Shown: piece by piece, positions 27,828-40,119 of the stretch
Layout: each line of letters starts with the position of its first letter
Numbering within the stretch: position 1 is the first letter of the stretch
Assembly: GCF_009914755.1 (NCBI RefSeq)
Contig: NC_060928.1
DNA length: 64,000 nucleotides
Source: the human T2T-CHM13v2.0 reference genome, Homo sapiens
Direction: 5' to 3' (one strand)
Translations under genes and position numbers: made by a program
The notes under the pieces: generated by a model
Told to the model about the DNA's origin: nothing
Seen by the model: only the letters and a program-made list of their open reading frames with translations
Database searches by the model: none

Positions 27828-29332
27828 TGTTAGGGGTGGCGAATATTTGAGTTGTCAGTGGTGAATTCACATGGGTCTGCAGCAGCCTCAACTCTTGCCT
27901 CCTTGGAAGAAAGAATTCATCTGAAGAGCATAAGGCGGAAAAAGGAGACTGAGGCAAGTTTCCGAGCGGGAGTGGAAGTTTATTAAAAAGCTTTAGAGCA
28001 GGAAAGAAAAAGTACACTTGGAAGAGACCCAAGCACGCACTGTGGAGGTGGAGTGCAGCATTTGACCTTTTGACTTGGGGTCTTATATATTGGCGTACTT
28101 CTGGGGCCTTGTGTCCCTTTTCCCATGATGCTTTCCTTAGGGTGGGCTGCCTGCATGCACGGTGCCCTCCTTGCACTCCGGACGTGAGCATTCGCAGTGG
28201 GTTTGTGAAGTTGTATGTATGTTTGCCTGAGGCTGCTTCCCTTTTCCGGTAGGACGCCCCCAGAAGGTCATACTCTGCCATTTTGTCTCTTAATGCGCTT
28301 GCTCTAGCCCACTTACCCAATTCCTGAGATTTTACTGGAAGCCGCTGGTGAGCAATTTCAAGTGCCTTTATCTATTGGGAAATTGCCTCTCCCTGGCGCC
28401 TGCGACCAATGATCATTTTTAGACAGCCAGTGTAACAACTGTGGGACCATCACCTCAAGGACTAAACTGATTTTTTATCTTGCCCAAATTCCTATCTAAG
28501 GGGTCTGGGGAGTCCTGCCCTGCAAATCAGAAATTCTCATCAGATGGGTTTTATTTAACCCTATATATTATGACTTACTTTCCAACCTGACCCTGGCATA
28601 ACATTACAAGTCAAGGAAGAAAAATCAAAGTAGTTTACCTCAAAATGTGTTTAACCATATTTTGAAATGACCCTACAAAGCTGTTTTGTGTGGGGGAAAA
28701 TTTGCATCTGTAAAGAATCTCTGTTAACATAGCTAGATCTTTTTCTTCCAGACCCTCCCAATCCTGAGGAGATTAAAACTCTAGCACCTTTTGAAAGATC
28801 TGAATAGGAAACAGTTGTCATCTATTGTCTCTAAGGGCAGCGACTATTAGACTTCAAAGAACTTTGGTCTCCACAATCTTTATCTTAACTTGAACATTTC
28901 CTTTCTATCAATCCCAGGTCTTCAGACAAACTCAACCAATTGTCAACCAGAAAATGTTTAAATTCACTTGTAGCCTGGAAGCTTCCCTCCCCTGCTCCGA
29001 CCTTTGAGTTGTCCCGCCTTTCTGGACCAAACCAGTGTATTTCTCAAATGTATTTGATTGATGTCTCATGCCTCCCTAAAATACATAAAACCAAGCTGTG
29101 CCCCGACCACCTTGGGCACATGTTCTCAGGACCTCCTGAGGACTGTGTCATGGGCCATGGTCACTCATATTTGGCTCAGAATAAATCTCTTCAATATTTT
29201 ACAGAAAACAAATACTTTACAGGGATCTACTCTCTTCGTCGACAACCTGATGCTCAGTCACCTGACATTCCTGGTGGGTTGGGGTAGCCCTTTCCTGTCC
29301 CGCTGCTGCCTGCCTACCAACCTACTATGTCA
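27828..29332 (-). mobile_element. MER50-like ERV1 solo LTR, itself interrupted
   Basis: TG...CA ends, CTCC target duplication (27824-27827 / 29333-29336); body resembles recalled MER50 consensus. Confidence 0.75.
28456..29244 (+). mobile_element. MER4E-like ERV1 solo LTR inside MER50
   Basis: AGGACTAAA..TGATTTTTTATCTTGCCCAAATTCCTATCTAAGGGGTCTGGGGAG start, ...TTCGTCGACA end, ACCT target duplication. Confidence 0.8.
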
Positions 29333-30142
29333 CTCCTGCCTCAGCCTCCCAAAGTGCTGGGGTTACAGGCAAATATTCTTTATATTATATCAGCTTTTCT
29401 CTTTATGCTTTTTTACTTTTAAACTTTTTTGTTAAAAATGAAAAGAGAAACACACACATTAGCCTAGGCTAGGCCTACACAGAGTCAGGATCATCAATAT
29501 CACTGTCTCCCACCTCCTCGTCTTGTCCCATCAGAAGGTCTTTAGGGGACTAGCACACCTAGGGCAGTCACCGCCTGTGATAACAGGGCTGCTTTCTGAA
29601 TCCATCCTGAAAGCCCTGTCTGAGGCTCTTCTTGAGGAATTGTCACTCTTTTCAGAAACATGGCCATGGTGATGTGCTTGGTTTCCTTTTTTCATCATAG
29701 ATTTGCCTGTAAGCAGATAAGGCACTATGAACATTCCTGTCTATGAAAGAAAGCCTTCCGTGTTGAGGTCTATGCTTCAGACTTGTTAAGGTGCGTGTCG
29801 AGGTCTGCAAAGCTTTTGCTAAACCCTTCACTGTAAATTTTCTTGGGGCTCATCTTGTTTTTCGCCAGTTGCCTCTTCTCTTGCCCCTTGTTCAGCTCTG
29901 CGTCCCTCTTCCAGTTCCAGCAGCTCATTTGTCAGTTCTTCAGGAACCGCCTGGAGGCACTCCTCAACGGCATCCTCCTCCACCCTAGACTGGAGTTGTT
30001 TGCCGTCCTAGCCACAGCCGTGTTGAGTTTTGCAGCCTCCTCATCCTGGGCAAATCCTTTGAAGTCCTGGGTGAACTCTTGCGTGTCCTCCTCTGGATGC
30101 CACTCACGCACACCTTGGCAGGCACACCTGGGTCATCACCCC

Positions 30143-30588
30143 TTTCATGAGCGTCCGCGTGAAGAGACCACCAAACAGGCTTTGTGTGAGCAACATGGCT
30201 GTTTATTTCACCTGGGTGCAGGCGGGCTGAGTCCAAAAAGAGAGTCAGCAAAGGGAGATAGGGGTGGGGCCATTTTATAAGATTTGGGTAGGTAAAGGAA
30301 AATTACAAAGGGGGTTTGTTCTCTGGCGGGCAGGAGTGGGGGTCGCAAGGTGCTCAGTGGAGGTGCTTTTTGAGCCAGGATGAGCCAGGAAAAGGACTTT
30401 CACAAGGTAATGTCATCACTTAAGGCAAGGATAGGCCATGTACACTTCTTTTGTGGTGGAATGTCATCAGTTAAGGTGGGGCAGGGCATTTTCACTTTTG
30501 TGATTCTTCAGTTACTTCAGGCCATCTGGGCATATACGTGCAAGTCACAGGGGATGCGATGGCTTGGCTTGGGCTCAGAGGCCTGACA
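30143..30588 (-). repeat. HERV-H 3' LTR (LTR7)
   Basis: TGTCAGGCCTCTGAGCCCAAG... on the minus strand, preceded by polypurine tract AAGAAGGCAGGAA. Confidence 0.95.
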
Positions 30589-30746
30589 TTCCTGCCTTCT
30601 TATATTAATAAGAAAAATAAAATAGTGTTGAAGTGTGGGGGCGGCAAAAATTTTGGGGGGGGTGGTATGGAGAGATAATGGGCAATGTTTCTCAGGGCTG
30701 CTTCGAGTGGGATGAGGGGCGGTGTGGGAACCTAGAGTGGGAGAGA

Positions 30747-30929
30747 TTAAGCTGAAGGATGATTTCGTGGTAAGGGGTGATATTGTGGGGTTGTTAGAAG
30801 AAACATTTGTTGTGTAGAATTATTGGTGATGGCCTGGATACAGTTTTGTATGAATTGAAAAACTAAATGGAATAAGAGAAGGAGAAAAACAGGTATAAAA
30901 GGTCTAAGAATTGGGAGGACCCAGGACAT
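30747..30929 (-). pseudogene. HERV-H env C-terminal (TM/cytoplasmic) remnant
   Basis: WVLPILRPFIPVFLLLLF..FIQNCIQAITN.. immediately before the PPT. Confidence 0.75.
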
Positions 30930-31907
30930 CTGATTAGAGAGTGCCTAAGGAGATTCAGCATAGTCCTGCCAGCAAAGATTATTTATTTACTTCAAGAGTT
31001 AAGAGTAGCAGTTTGGGGATAGCACCAGGAGATATCAGCTGTGATGGCTTGGAGAAACAGTGTAAACTGGCAGTGTAAACAAGAGCAGGGCATGTATGAG
31101 TAGTTGAGAACGGTGAATAGGAATATGACTAGACAGAAGATAGTAGGGTTGACAAGTTTTTTTGGGGGGGGGCACGGTCTAAGTTGGTCTGGTGTCTGGA
31201 ATGAGACTGGGGCCTAATAAAAAGGAGCGTCTATACAGGAGCTCAAATGGGCTGTACCCTGTAGCATTCTGAGGACAGGTCTGACTTCTGAGAAGGGAAA
31301 GTGGTAAAAGTATTGTCCAGTCCTTTTTAAGTTGGTGGCTGGGCTTGGTGAGGTGTGTTTTTAAAAGACCATTAGTCTGTTCTACTTTTCCTGAAGACTG
31401 AGAACTGTAAGGGATATAAAGGTTTCACTGAATACTAAGAGCCTGAAAAACTGCTTGGCTGATTTGACCAATAAAGGCTGGTCTGCTATTGGACTGTATA
31501 GAGGTGGGAAGGCCAAACTGAGGAATTGTGTCTGACAGAAGGGAAGAAATGACTACGGTGGCCTTCTCAGACCCTGTAGGAAATGTCTTTACTTATTCAG
31601 TGAAAGTGTCTATTTAGACTAAGAGGTATTTTAGTTGCCTGACTCAGGGCATGTTGAGTAAAGCTAATTTGCCAGTCCTGGGTGGGGGCAAATCCCTGAG
31701 CTTCATGTGTAGGGAAGGGAGGGGGCCTGAATAATCCCTGAGGAGTAGTAGAATAGCAGATGGAACACTGAGAAGTTATTTCCTTGAGATTTCCAGGATG
31801 GAAAGGAAATGACAGGTTCTAAGAGGCGGGCTAGTGGCTTGTACTGTAGCATAGCCTGCCTTTGCTGGTGTGTGGCGATTAGGCCTGGTGGAACTTCCAT
31901 CAATAAA

Positions 31908-32429
31908 CTAAGTGTGATCAGGGTGAGGAACAGAGAAGAAGGAAATGTGGGGAAATGGGGTGAACGTCAGGTGGATCAGAGAGATACAGTCATGAGGGGC
32001 AGGTGTGGTATCCGGAATAATGTGGGAGGCCAGATTGAAGTTGGGGCCAGGAACAATGGTGATTGTGGGAGACTCAACAAAGAGTGAGTACAGCTGAAGG
32101 AGCCGGAGAGCAGAAAGTATATGCGTCAGGTGTGAGGAAGAACATAGATTTTGGAAATTATGAGAGCTGTAGAGAGTGAGTTGAGCATAGTTTGTGATTT
32201 TAAGGGCCTCTAAAAGTATTAGGGCAGCAGCAGCTGCTGCACAGAGACATGATGGCAAGCCTAAAACAGTAAGGTCAAGTAGTTTGGACAAAAAGGCTAC
32301 ACGATGCGATCCCGGTCCTTGTGTAAGAATTCCTACTGCACAGCCCTGCACTTCAGCTGTGTGTAATGAAAAGGGTTGGGATGAGTCAGGGAGAGCTAGA
32401 GAGGGGGCAGTTTCTAAAGTTGTCTTCAA
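31908..32429 (-). pseudogene. HERV-H pol connection/tether region remnant
   Basis: TAPSLALPDSSQPFSLHTAE..AFLSKLLD..CLCAAAAAA, typical of gamma-type pol. Confidence 0.85.
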
Positions 32430-32496
32430 GGAACAGAAAGAGGATTGGGGAAAGGATTTAGGATCTATGGGGTCAACTAGGTTTCCTTTTGTGAGT

Positions 32497-33714
32497 TTAT
32501 ATAATGGTTTTGTTAGGATGGCAAAACCAGGTGTCTAAAGGTGAAAGTATCCAACCATGCCCAGGAAGGAAGGGGTTGTTTTGTAGAAGGGTTGGGGTTT
32601 GAGAGATTAGTTGGACATGAGCGGCAGGGAGAGCACAGGTGTTTTTATGAAGAATTATGCCGAGATAGGTAACAGATGGAGAAGAAATTTGAGCTTTGGA
32701 GGGGGATACCCGATATCCTTTGGAGAATAAATGCTGAAGGAGCAGAAGTGTGTCTTGTTGAGAAGATTCAAAGGAGGGGCTACAAAGAAGGTCATCAATA
32801 TATTGAATAAGGTGAGAAGCAGAGGGGTGGAAATAAAGTAAATCATGAGAAAGAGCTTGGCTGAAGTAATGAGGGCTGTCCCTGAAACCTTGAGGCAGCA
32901 CAGCCCAGGTAAGCTGCTGGGACTGATGGGTGTCAGGGTCAATCCAGGTGAAAGCAAAGAGAGGCTGGGATGAGGGGTGCAGGGGAATAGTGAAAAAAGC
33001 ATCTTTAAGATCAAGAATGGAATAGTGAGTTGTGGAGGGAGGTATTGAGGACAAAAGAATGTACGGGTTGGGCACCACAGGGTGGATAGGCAAAACAATT
33101 TGGTTGATAAGGCGCAGATCCTGAACTAATCTGTAAGACTTGTCCGGTTTTTGGACAGGTAAAATGGGGGAATTGTAAGGAGAGTTTATAGGTTTTAGAA
33201 GCCCATGCTGTAGCAGGTGAGTGATAACAGGCTTTAATCCTTTTAAAGCGTGCTGTGGGATGGGATATTGGCATTGAGCGGGGTAAGGGTGATTAGGTTT
33301 TAATGGGATGGTAATGGGCATGTGATCGGTTGCCAGGGAAGGAGTAGAGATGTCCCATACTTGTGGGTTAAGGTGGGGGGATATGAGAGGAAGATGCGAA
33401 GGAGGCTTTGGGTTGGGGAGAAGGGCGGCAATGAGATGTGGCTGTAGTCCAGGAATAGTCAGGGAAGCAGATAATTTGGTTAAAATATCTCGGCCTAATA
33501 AGGGAACGGGGCAGGTGAGGATAACTAAAAAAGAGTGTATAAAAGAGTGTTGTCCAAGTTGGCACCAGAGTGGGGGAGTTTTCAGGGGTTTTGAAGCTTG
33601 GCTGTCAATACCCACAACAGTTATTGGGGCGAGGGAAACAGGCCCTTGAAAAGAAGGCAACGTGGAGTGGGTAGCCCCCGTATCGATTAAACAGGGGATG
33701 GACTTACCCTCCAC
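32497..33714 (-). pseudogene. HERV-H protease + reverse transcriptase open frame (405 codons, no proper start)
   Basis: LIDTGA protease site, LLGRD, YRLVQDLR, LDLKDAFF, LPQG, YIDD; frameshifted near the C-terminus. Confidence 0.9.
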
Positions 33715-33780
33715 TGTGAGAGTTACCTAAAGCTTGGCGTTGGTGATGGTCCAGGGGGCTTCCAAGGTGATCGGGCAGCG

Positions 33781-34110
33781 TCAATCTTCAGTTGCTAAGC
33801 CAAGAAGATCTGGGAAGGAGTCAGTCAGAGAGCCTTGGACCAGAGTTCCAGGGGCTCTGGGAGTGGCTGCCAGGTGAGTTGAACAGTCCAGTTTCCAGTG
33901 GGGTCCCGCACAGATGGGACACAGCTTAGGGGGAATCTCGGGCTGCGGGCATTCCTTGGCCTGGTGGCCAGATTTCTGGCACTTGTAGCAAGCTCCTGGG
34001 GAAGGTGGTTCTGGAGGAACGCCTGGCCACTGCGGTTTAGGCATTTGGAAGTTCTTGTGTGCTGGAGATGTGGCTGGGGTTTGTCTCACAGTGGAGGCAA
34101 GGAATTGCAA
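33781..34110 (-). pseudogene. HERV-H gag nucleocapsid remnant
   Basis: CCHC knuckles CYKCQKSGHQAKEC and CPICAGPHWKLDC; gag TGA at 33781-33783. Confidence 0.88.
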
Positions 34111-35162
34111 CTCAGGAATATGTTGCTACTTGGCTGCCTCTATTATTGTACACCTTGAAGGCGAGGTTAATTAAGTCCTGTTGGGTTTGAGGGCTGGAAT
34201 TTAATTTTTGGATTTTTATTTATTGGATTTTATTTATTTGGATTTGGATTTAATTTTGGATTTTTATTTAATTTTTGGGAGCAGATAGGGTAATAAAATG
34301 TATATTGAGAATAGACGGCCTTCTGACTTTTTAGGGTCTAGGGCTGTAAAGCGTCTCGGGGTTGCTGCCAAACGAGCCGTGAACTGGGCTGGGTTTTTAT
34401 ATTTGATGAAAAAGAGCCTAAACGCTATCTGATTTGGGATAAAGAAAAAGGAGCATTAACCTTGACTATGCCTTTAGCTCCAGCCACCTTTTTAAGAGTA
34501 AATTGCTGGGCAGATGGGGGAGGGCTACTCACGGAATGAAACTGTAAACCGGACGGGGTGTGAGGAGGGGAGGTGATAAAAGGATTATAGGGTGGAGGAG
34601 TGGAGGCTGAGGAAGAATTGGGACCTAGCTCAGCCCGGCGAGGAGCAGCCCAGGGAGGAGGGGAGAGGTCAGATGGGTCTGTAGAAAAGGAAGATTAGAA
34701 AGACTCAGTGACGCTTGGGGTTGGGACTGAGGGGACAGGCGGGAGGGAAAGAAGGAAGGTTTGGGACGAGTTGCACTGGGCACAGAGACTAGGAAGGGAC
34801 TGATGTGTAAAAGAATGCCTGGACGTCAGGCACATCAGACTGTTTGCTATTTTATGACAAGAATTATTTAGATCTTGCAGGATGGAAAAATTGAAAGTGC
34901 CATTTTCTGGCTATTTGGAACTACTGTCGAGTTTGTATTGGGGTCAAGCGGCATTGCAGAAGAAAATAAGGCATTTAGGTTTTATGTCAGGTGTGAGCTG
35001 AAGAGGTTTTAAGTTCTTGAGAGCACAGGCTAAGGGAGATGGAGGAATGGAGGGTGGAAGGTTGCCCGTAGTGAAGGAGGAAAGCCCAGAGAAAAGAGAG
35101 AGTAGAGACAAGGAGGGAAGGGGTTCGGGGGTTCTTACCCTCCAGAAAAGCGGGAAAGGGGT

Positions 35163-35393
35163 CGGATCGTGGAAATAAGGGGTTGAGGTGCAGAGATAAG
35201 AGGTCGGGGCATGGAAATAAGGGATGGGGCGCAGAGATAAGAGGTCGGGGTGCAGAAATAAGGGATTGGGGTGTAGAGGTAAGAGGTCGGGCCATGGAAA
35301 TAAGGGATCGGGGTGCAGAGATAAGAGGTTGGGGCATGGAAATAAGGGATTGGGGTACAGAGATAAGAGGTCGGGGCGTGGAAATAAGGGATT
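35163..35393. repeat. 21-bp-unit minisatellite (alternating A/B units) in the HERV-H leader
   Basis: About 11 units alternating GGGGTGCAGAGATAAGAGGTC and GGGGCATGGAAATAAGGGATT. Confidence 0.9.
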
Positions 35394-35985
35394 GGGGGTT
35401 CTTGCCCCCTAGAAAAGCGGGACTTACCACTAAGCGTGAAGGAGAAGGGGTTGAGGGGTTCTTGCCCCTGCCTCAGAAAAGCAAAAAAGGGGTAGAGACA
35501 TGGAGAGAAGGGGTTGGGGTACTTACCCCTCCCCCAGAAAAGCAGGACTTGCCACTAAGGGTGAAAGACCAAGGCAGGCGTCCCTGAGTGGTCTGACACC
35601 TCTGAAACCTGGGTGAATAGTCAGAGAGGCGTCCCTGCAATGATTAAACACCAAGGGAAGGCTGCCTTCCCTAGTCTGTGACCGGCGCCGGAGTTTTGGA
35701 TCCACGGATAAAACGTGTCTCCTTTGTCTCTACCAGAAAATGAAAGGAATTGAAATTAAGAGAAGGGAGAGATTGAAGTGTGGTGCCAAGATTGAAAGGA
35801 GAAAGAGGTTGAGTGATAGTGAGGGAGGTTGGAGAAGCGAGTAAAAAGAGGCCACTTACTGGATTTGAAATTGGTGAGATGTTTCTTGGGCTGGTTGGTC
35901 TGAGGACCTGAGGTCATAGGTGGACCTTTATCATGGAGCAAAGAGCAGGAGGACAGGGGATTGATTTCCTAAGGGAGGTTCCCCG

Positions 35986-36003
35986 GTCCGAGTCATGGCA
36001 CCA
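35986..36003 (-). other. Primer binding site complementary to tRNA-His
   Basis: Minus strand TGGTGCCATGACTCGGAC directly after the 5' LTR. Confidence 0.9.
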
Positions 36004-36005
36004 AA

Positions 36006-36455
36006 TTTCATGAGCGTCCGTGTGAAGAGACCACCAAACAGGCTTTGTGTGAGCAACATGGCTGTTTATTTCACCTGGGTGCAGGTGGGCTGAGTCCGAA
36101 AGAGTCAGTGAAGGGAGATAGGGGTGGGGCCGTTTTATAAGATTTGGTTAGGTAAAGGAAAATTACAGTCAAAGGAGGTTTGTTCTCTGGTGGGCAGGAG
36201 TGGGGGTCGCAAGGTGCTCCGTGGGGAAGCTTTTTGCCTCAGGATGAGCCAGGAAAAGGACTTTCACAAGGTAATGTCATCACTTAAGGCAAGGACCGGC
36301 CATTTACACTTCTTTTGTGGTGGAATGTCATCAGTTAAGGTGGGGCAGGGCATTTTCACTTCTTTTGTGATTCTTCAGTTACTTCAGGCCATCTGGGCAT
36401 ATACGTGCAAGTCACAGGGGATGCGATGGCTTGGCTTGGGCTCAGAGGCCTGACA
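36006..36455 (-). promoter_or_regulatory. HERV-H 5' LTR (LTR7) promoter
   Basis: Second LTR copy adjacent to the PBS; minus-strand TATAAAA at ~36133-36139; two ACAAAAGA motifs. Confidence 0.9.
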
Positions 36456-36652
36456 ACCCCAAGCTCAAACAAGGTTTCTGGTGCAGCCCTAGATGCCATC
36501 CTTCCACAGTTGCATCAGTGCCTTCTCGGCAGACTCTTCAGCTGAAGCTATAGCCCAGGCAAAGGACCTCCTCAGCCAGGAGGACTTAAAAGCTGCTATG
36601 AGTGCTGTGTCCATGGGATCAAGGGAGTGGTATTTGGAGGGGGAACCACTGC

Positions 36653-36840
36653 GACGAAGGGAGGAAAATCACCAGTAAGAGGAGGATGTGTGGGAGCAGC
36701 ACCACCCACAAGCAAGATCTTGAAAGGAACTGTGTTACCTGGCAACGCAGAAGGGATGAAAATCACCAGTAAGAGGAGGATGTGCAGGAGTAGCACCACC
36801 CACAAGTAAGACCTTGAAAGGAACTGTGTCATCCGGCAAC
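36653..36840. repeat. ~94-bp tandem duplication in the Tigger3 transposase remnant
   Basis: GAAAATCACCAGTAAGAGGAGGATGTG...TTGAAAGGAACTGTGT at 36664 and 36758. Confidence 0.9.
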
Positions 36841-37165
36841 TCAGGAGGGCCTCTTGGAAGAGGAGTGGGCTATTCCTGACTGCCTGGCTCCTGCAGTGCC
36901 CTGGCCCCATGTGCTCACTGTTTCGCTTGAAGGCCCTGGGGCTGTCATTGCACGGGATCACATTCATAGCCTGCAACATGGCCACCAGGCAAGGCTGGTG
37001 TCCTGTCCTTAAAAGCCTGGAAACCTGGCATTGACTTGGCCTCCTTATGGATGACAGTGAAACACCTATGCAAAAATTCTATCAGTGAGAAAATGATGAT
37101 GGTGAAAGAGATCTGAGCTAACCCACCCCCATCTTACCTTTCCCTCAATTATTCCTGGGCCATAG

Positions 37166-37523
<358 letters not shown>

Positions 37524-37990
37524 TAGGCTGTAGTTTAAATTATAATAGGCTTTGCCCCAAACTCAACTGCTTTTGTAAAGCTAATGGAAGGCCGTCAGAC
37601 TGGGGGAGGAGAGGAGTCCTGCTAAGGCACAGACATGAATGATTGCCAGCCATTATATCAGAGGTTAAAGACATGCAACTTCCCCAATTACTCCTGAAAA
37701 TAGCATCACTATTGTAGAATCCAAGATTGGCCTTTTGAGATATGTTTTCAGATTTTTTGCATGTCTGACACCCATGGCTCCACTTGGACCCGTCAACCCC
37801 TGCTCCTGTGGCCCCCACAGAGGCAATTCAGCCCACAGGAGGACAGCTTTGATCCTGTGTGATTTCATCTCTGCCCAACCAATCAGCAGCAGGCACCCGT
37901 TCCCTGGCCACCCCCACGCCTTCCCCGAAACTGCCTTTGAAAAACCCCTATCCTACAAGCTTTGGATGAGAATGATTTGAGTAGTGACTC

Positions 37991-39719
37991 TGTGTCTGGA
38001 ATTGGTGGGTTCTTGGTCTCACTGACTTCAAGAATGAAGCCACAGACCCTCGCGGTGAGTGTTACAGCTCTTAAGGTGGTGCGTCCGGAGTTTGTTCCTT
38101 CTGATGCTCAGATGTGTTCGGAGTTTCTTCCTTCTGGTGGATTCGTGGTCTCGCTGGCTCAGGAGTGAAGCTGCAGACCTTCGCCGTGAGTGTTACAGCT
38201 CTTAAGGCAGCGCGTCTGGAGTTGTTCATTCCTCCCAGTGGGCTGGTGGTCTCGCTGGCTTCAGGAGTGAAGCCGCAGACCTTCGCGGTGAGTGTTACAG
38301 TTCTTAAGGCGGCGCGTCTGGAGTTGTTCATTCCTCCCCGTGGGCTCGTGGTCTCTCTGGCTTCAGGAGTGAAGCTGCAGACCTTCGCGGTGAGTGTTAC
38401 AGCTCATAAAAGCAGCGTGGACCCAAAGAGTGAGCAGTAGCAAGATTTATTGCAAAGAGCGAAAGAACAAAGCTTCCACAGTGTGGAAGGGGCCCCGAGC
38501 GGGTTGCCACTGCTGACTGGAGCAGCCTGCTTTTATTCTCTTATCTGGCCCCACCCACATCCTGCTGATTGGTAGAGCCAAGTGGTCTGTTTTGACAGGG
38601 TGCTGATTGGTGCGTTTACAATCCCTGAGCTAGATACAAAGGTTCTCCACGTCCCCATCAGATTAGTTAGATACAGAGTATCGACACAAAGGTTCTCCGA
38701 GGCCCCACCAGAGCAGCTAGATAGAGAGTGTCGACTGGTGCATTCACAAACCTTGAGCTAAACACAGGATGCTGATTGGTGTGTTTACAAACCTTGAGCT
38801 AGATACAGAGTGCCGATTGGTGTATTTACAATCCCTGAGCTAGACATAAAGGTTCTCCAAGGCCCCACCAGAGCAGCTAGATACAGAGTGTCCGATTGGT
38901 GTATTTACAATCCCTGAGCTAGAGATAAAGGTTCTCCAAGGCCCCACCAGAGCAGCTAGATACAGAGTGTCGATTGGTGCACTCACAAACCTAGAGCTAA
39001 ATACAGGGTGCTGATTGGTGTGTTTACAATCCCTGAGCTAGACATAAAGACTCTCCACATCCCCACCAGACTCAGGAGCCCAGCTGGCTTCACCTAGTGG
39101 ATCCCGCACCAGGGCAGCAGGTGGAGCTGCCTGCCAGTGCCACGCTGTGCGCTCGCACTCCTCAGCCCTTGGGTGGTCGATGGGACTGGGTGCCGTGGAG
39201 CAGGGGGTGGTGCTCGTCGGGGAGGCTCGGGCCGCACAGGAGCCCATGGAGTGGGTGGGAGGCTCAGGCATGGCGGGCTGCATGTCCCGAGCCCTGCCCC
39301 ATGGAAAGGCAGCTAAGGCCTGGCGAGAAATCGAGCACAGCGCCGGTGGGCCGGCACTGCTGGGGGACCTAGTACACCCTCTGCAGCCGCTGGCCCGGGT
39401 GCCAAGTCCCTCACTGCCTGGGGCCAGCAGGGCTGGCCGGCTGCTCCGAGTGCAGGCCCGCCAAACCCACGCCCACCCGGAACTCCAGCTGGCCCCCAAG
39501 CGCTGCACGCAGCCCCGGTTCCCGCTCGCGCCTCTCCCTCCACACATCCCTGCAAGCTGAGGGAGCCAGCTGTGGCCTTGGCCAGCACAGAAAGGGGCTC
39601 CCACAGTGCAGCGGTGGGCTGAAGGGCTCCTCAAGTGCCGCCAAAGTGGGAGCCCAGGCAGAGGAGGCACTGAGAGCGAGCGAGGGCTGTGAGGACTGCC
39701 AGCACGCTGTCACCTCTCA
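37991..39719 (-). mobile_element. LTR12C (ERV9) solo LTR, ~1.73 kb
   Basis: Minus strand starts TGAGAGGTGACAGCGTGCTGGCAGTCC and ends CCAATTCCAGACACA; ACTC TSD (37987-37990 / 39720-39723); U3 CCAAT/GATA tandem repeats and U5 tandem repeats. Confidence 0.95.
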
Positions 39720-40119
39720 ACTCAGTCTCCCACATGGCGTGGCCACCCTTGTGTCTGTTAAACTCTTTCTCTACAAAAATGCCATGGTCTTTCTTTGTGC
39801 AGTGGTCAGGAAAAACCCCTTGGGCAGATACAAAAGTTCTTTCAGGCATCTGTTTCCAGAATAGCGAGGTTTCCTCCATATTGAAGATTTGCTGTGGCAA
39901 GTAAATCTCCTCCATAATCAAGCTTCCAAAACTCTTCAGCTGCCTTCACATCAGCACCCACAGACTCAGCATTCATGTTAACATTATGTAATGCATAACG
40001 ATCCTCAAATCATGTAAACCACCCGGAACTGGCAGTAAATCTGATACCAAAGTCAGGTCCAGCCTTTCCTTTCAACATCAAAAACATACTTTTTGCTCTG
40101 GCCATGACCGCCGTGGTGC

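Larger units (their letters stand above)
27622..29370 (-). mobile_element. AluJ-like element split by an LTR insertion (parts 27622-27827 and 29333-29370)
   Basis: Alu sequence breaks at GTCCTCC and resumes at CTCCTGCCTCAGCCTCCCAAAGTGCTGG. Confidence 0.85.
30143..36455 (-). mobile_element. HERV-H provirus (env-deleted type) with two LTR7
   Basis: Two ~450-bp direct-repeat LTRs, 5-bp TSD ACCCC (30138-30142 / 36456-36460), tRNA-His PBS, gag/pro/pol/env remnants. Confidence 0.96.

Noticed and set aside
32497-33714. Novel reverse-transcriptase system
   Set aside because: Ordinary HERV-H pro-pol in full proviral context (LTRs, PBS, gag, env remnant)
34987-35587. Repetitive ORFs on both strands
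   Set aside because: Artefact of the 21-bp minisatellite, whose unit length is a multiple of three
39038-39670. 210-aa ORF in a CpG-rich stretch
   Set aside because: Lies wholly within LTR12C U3, which is GC-rich and often lacks stop codons
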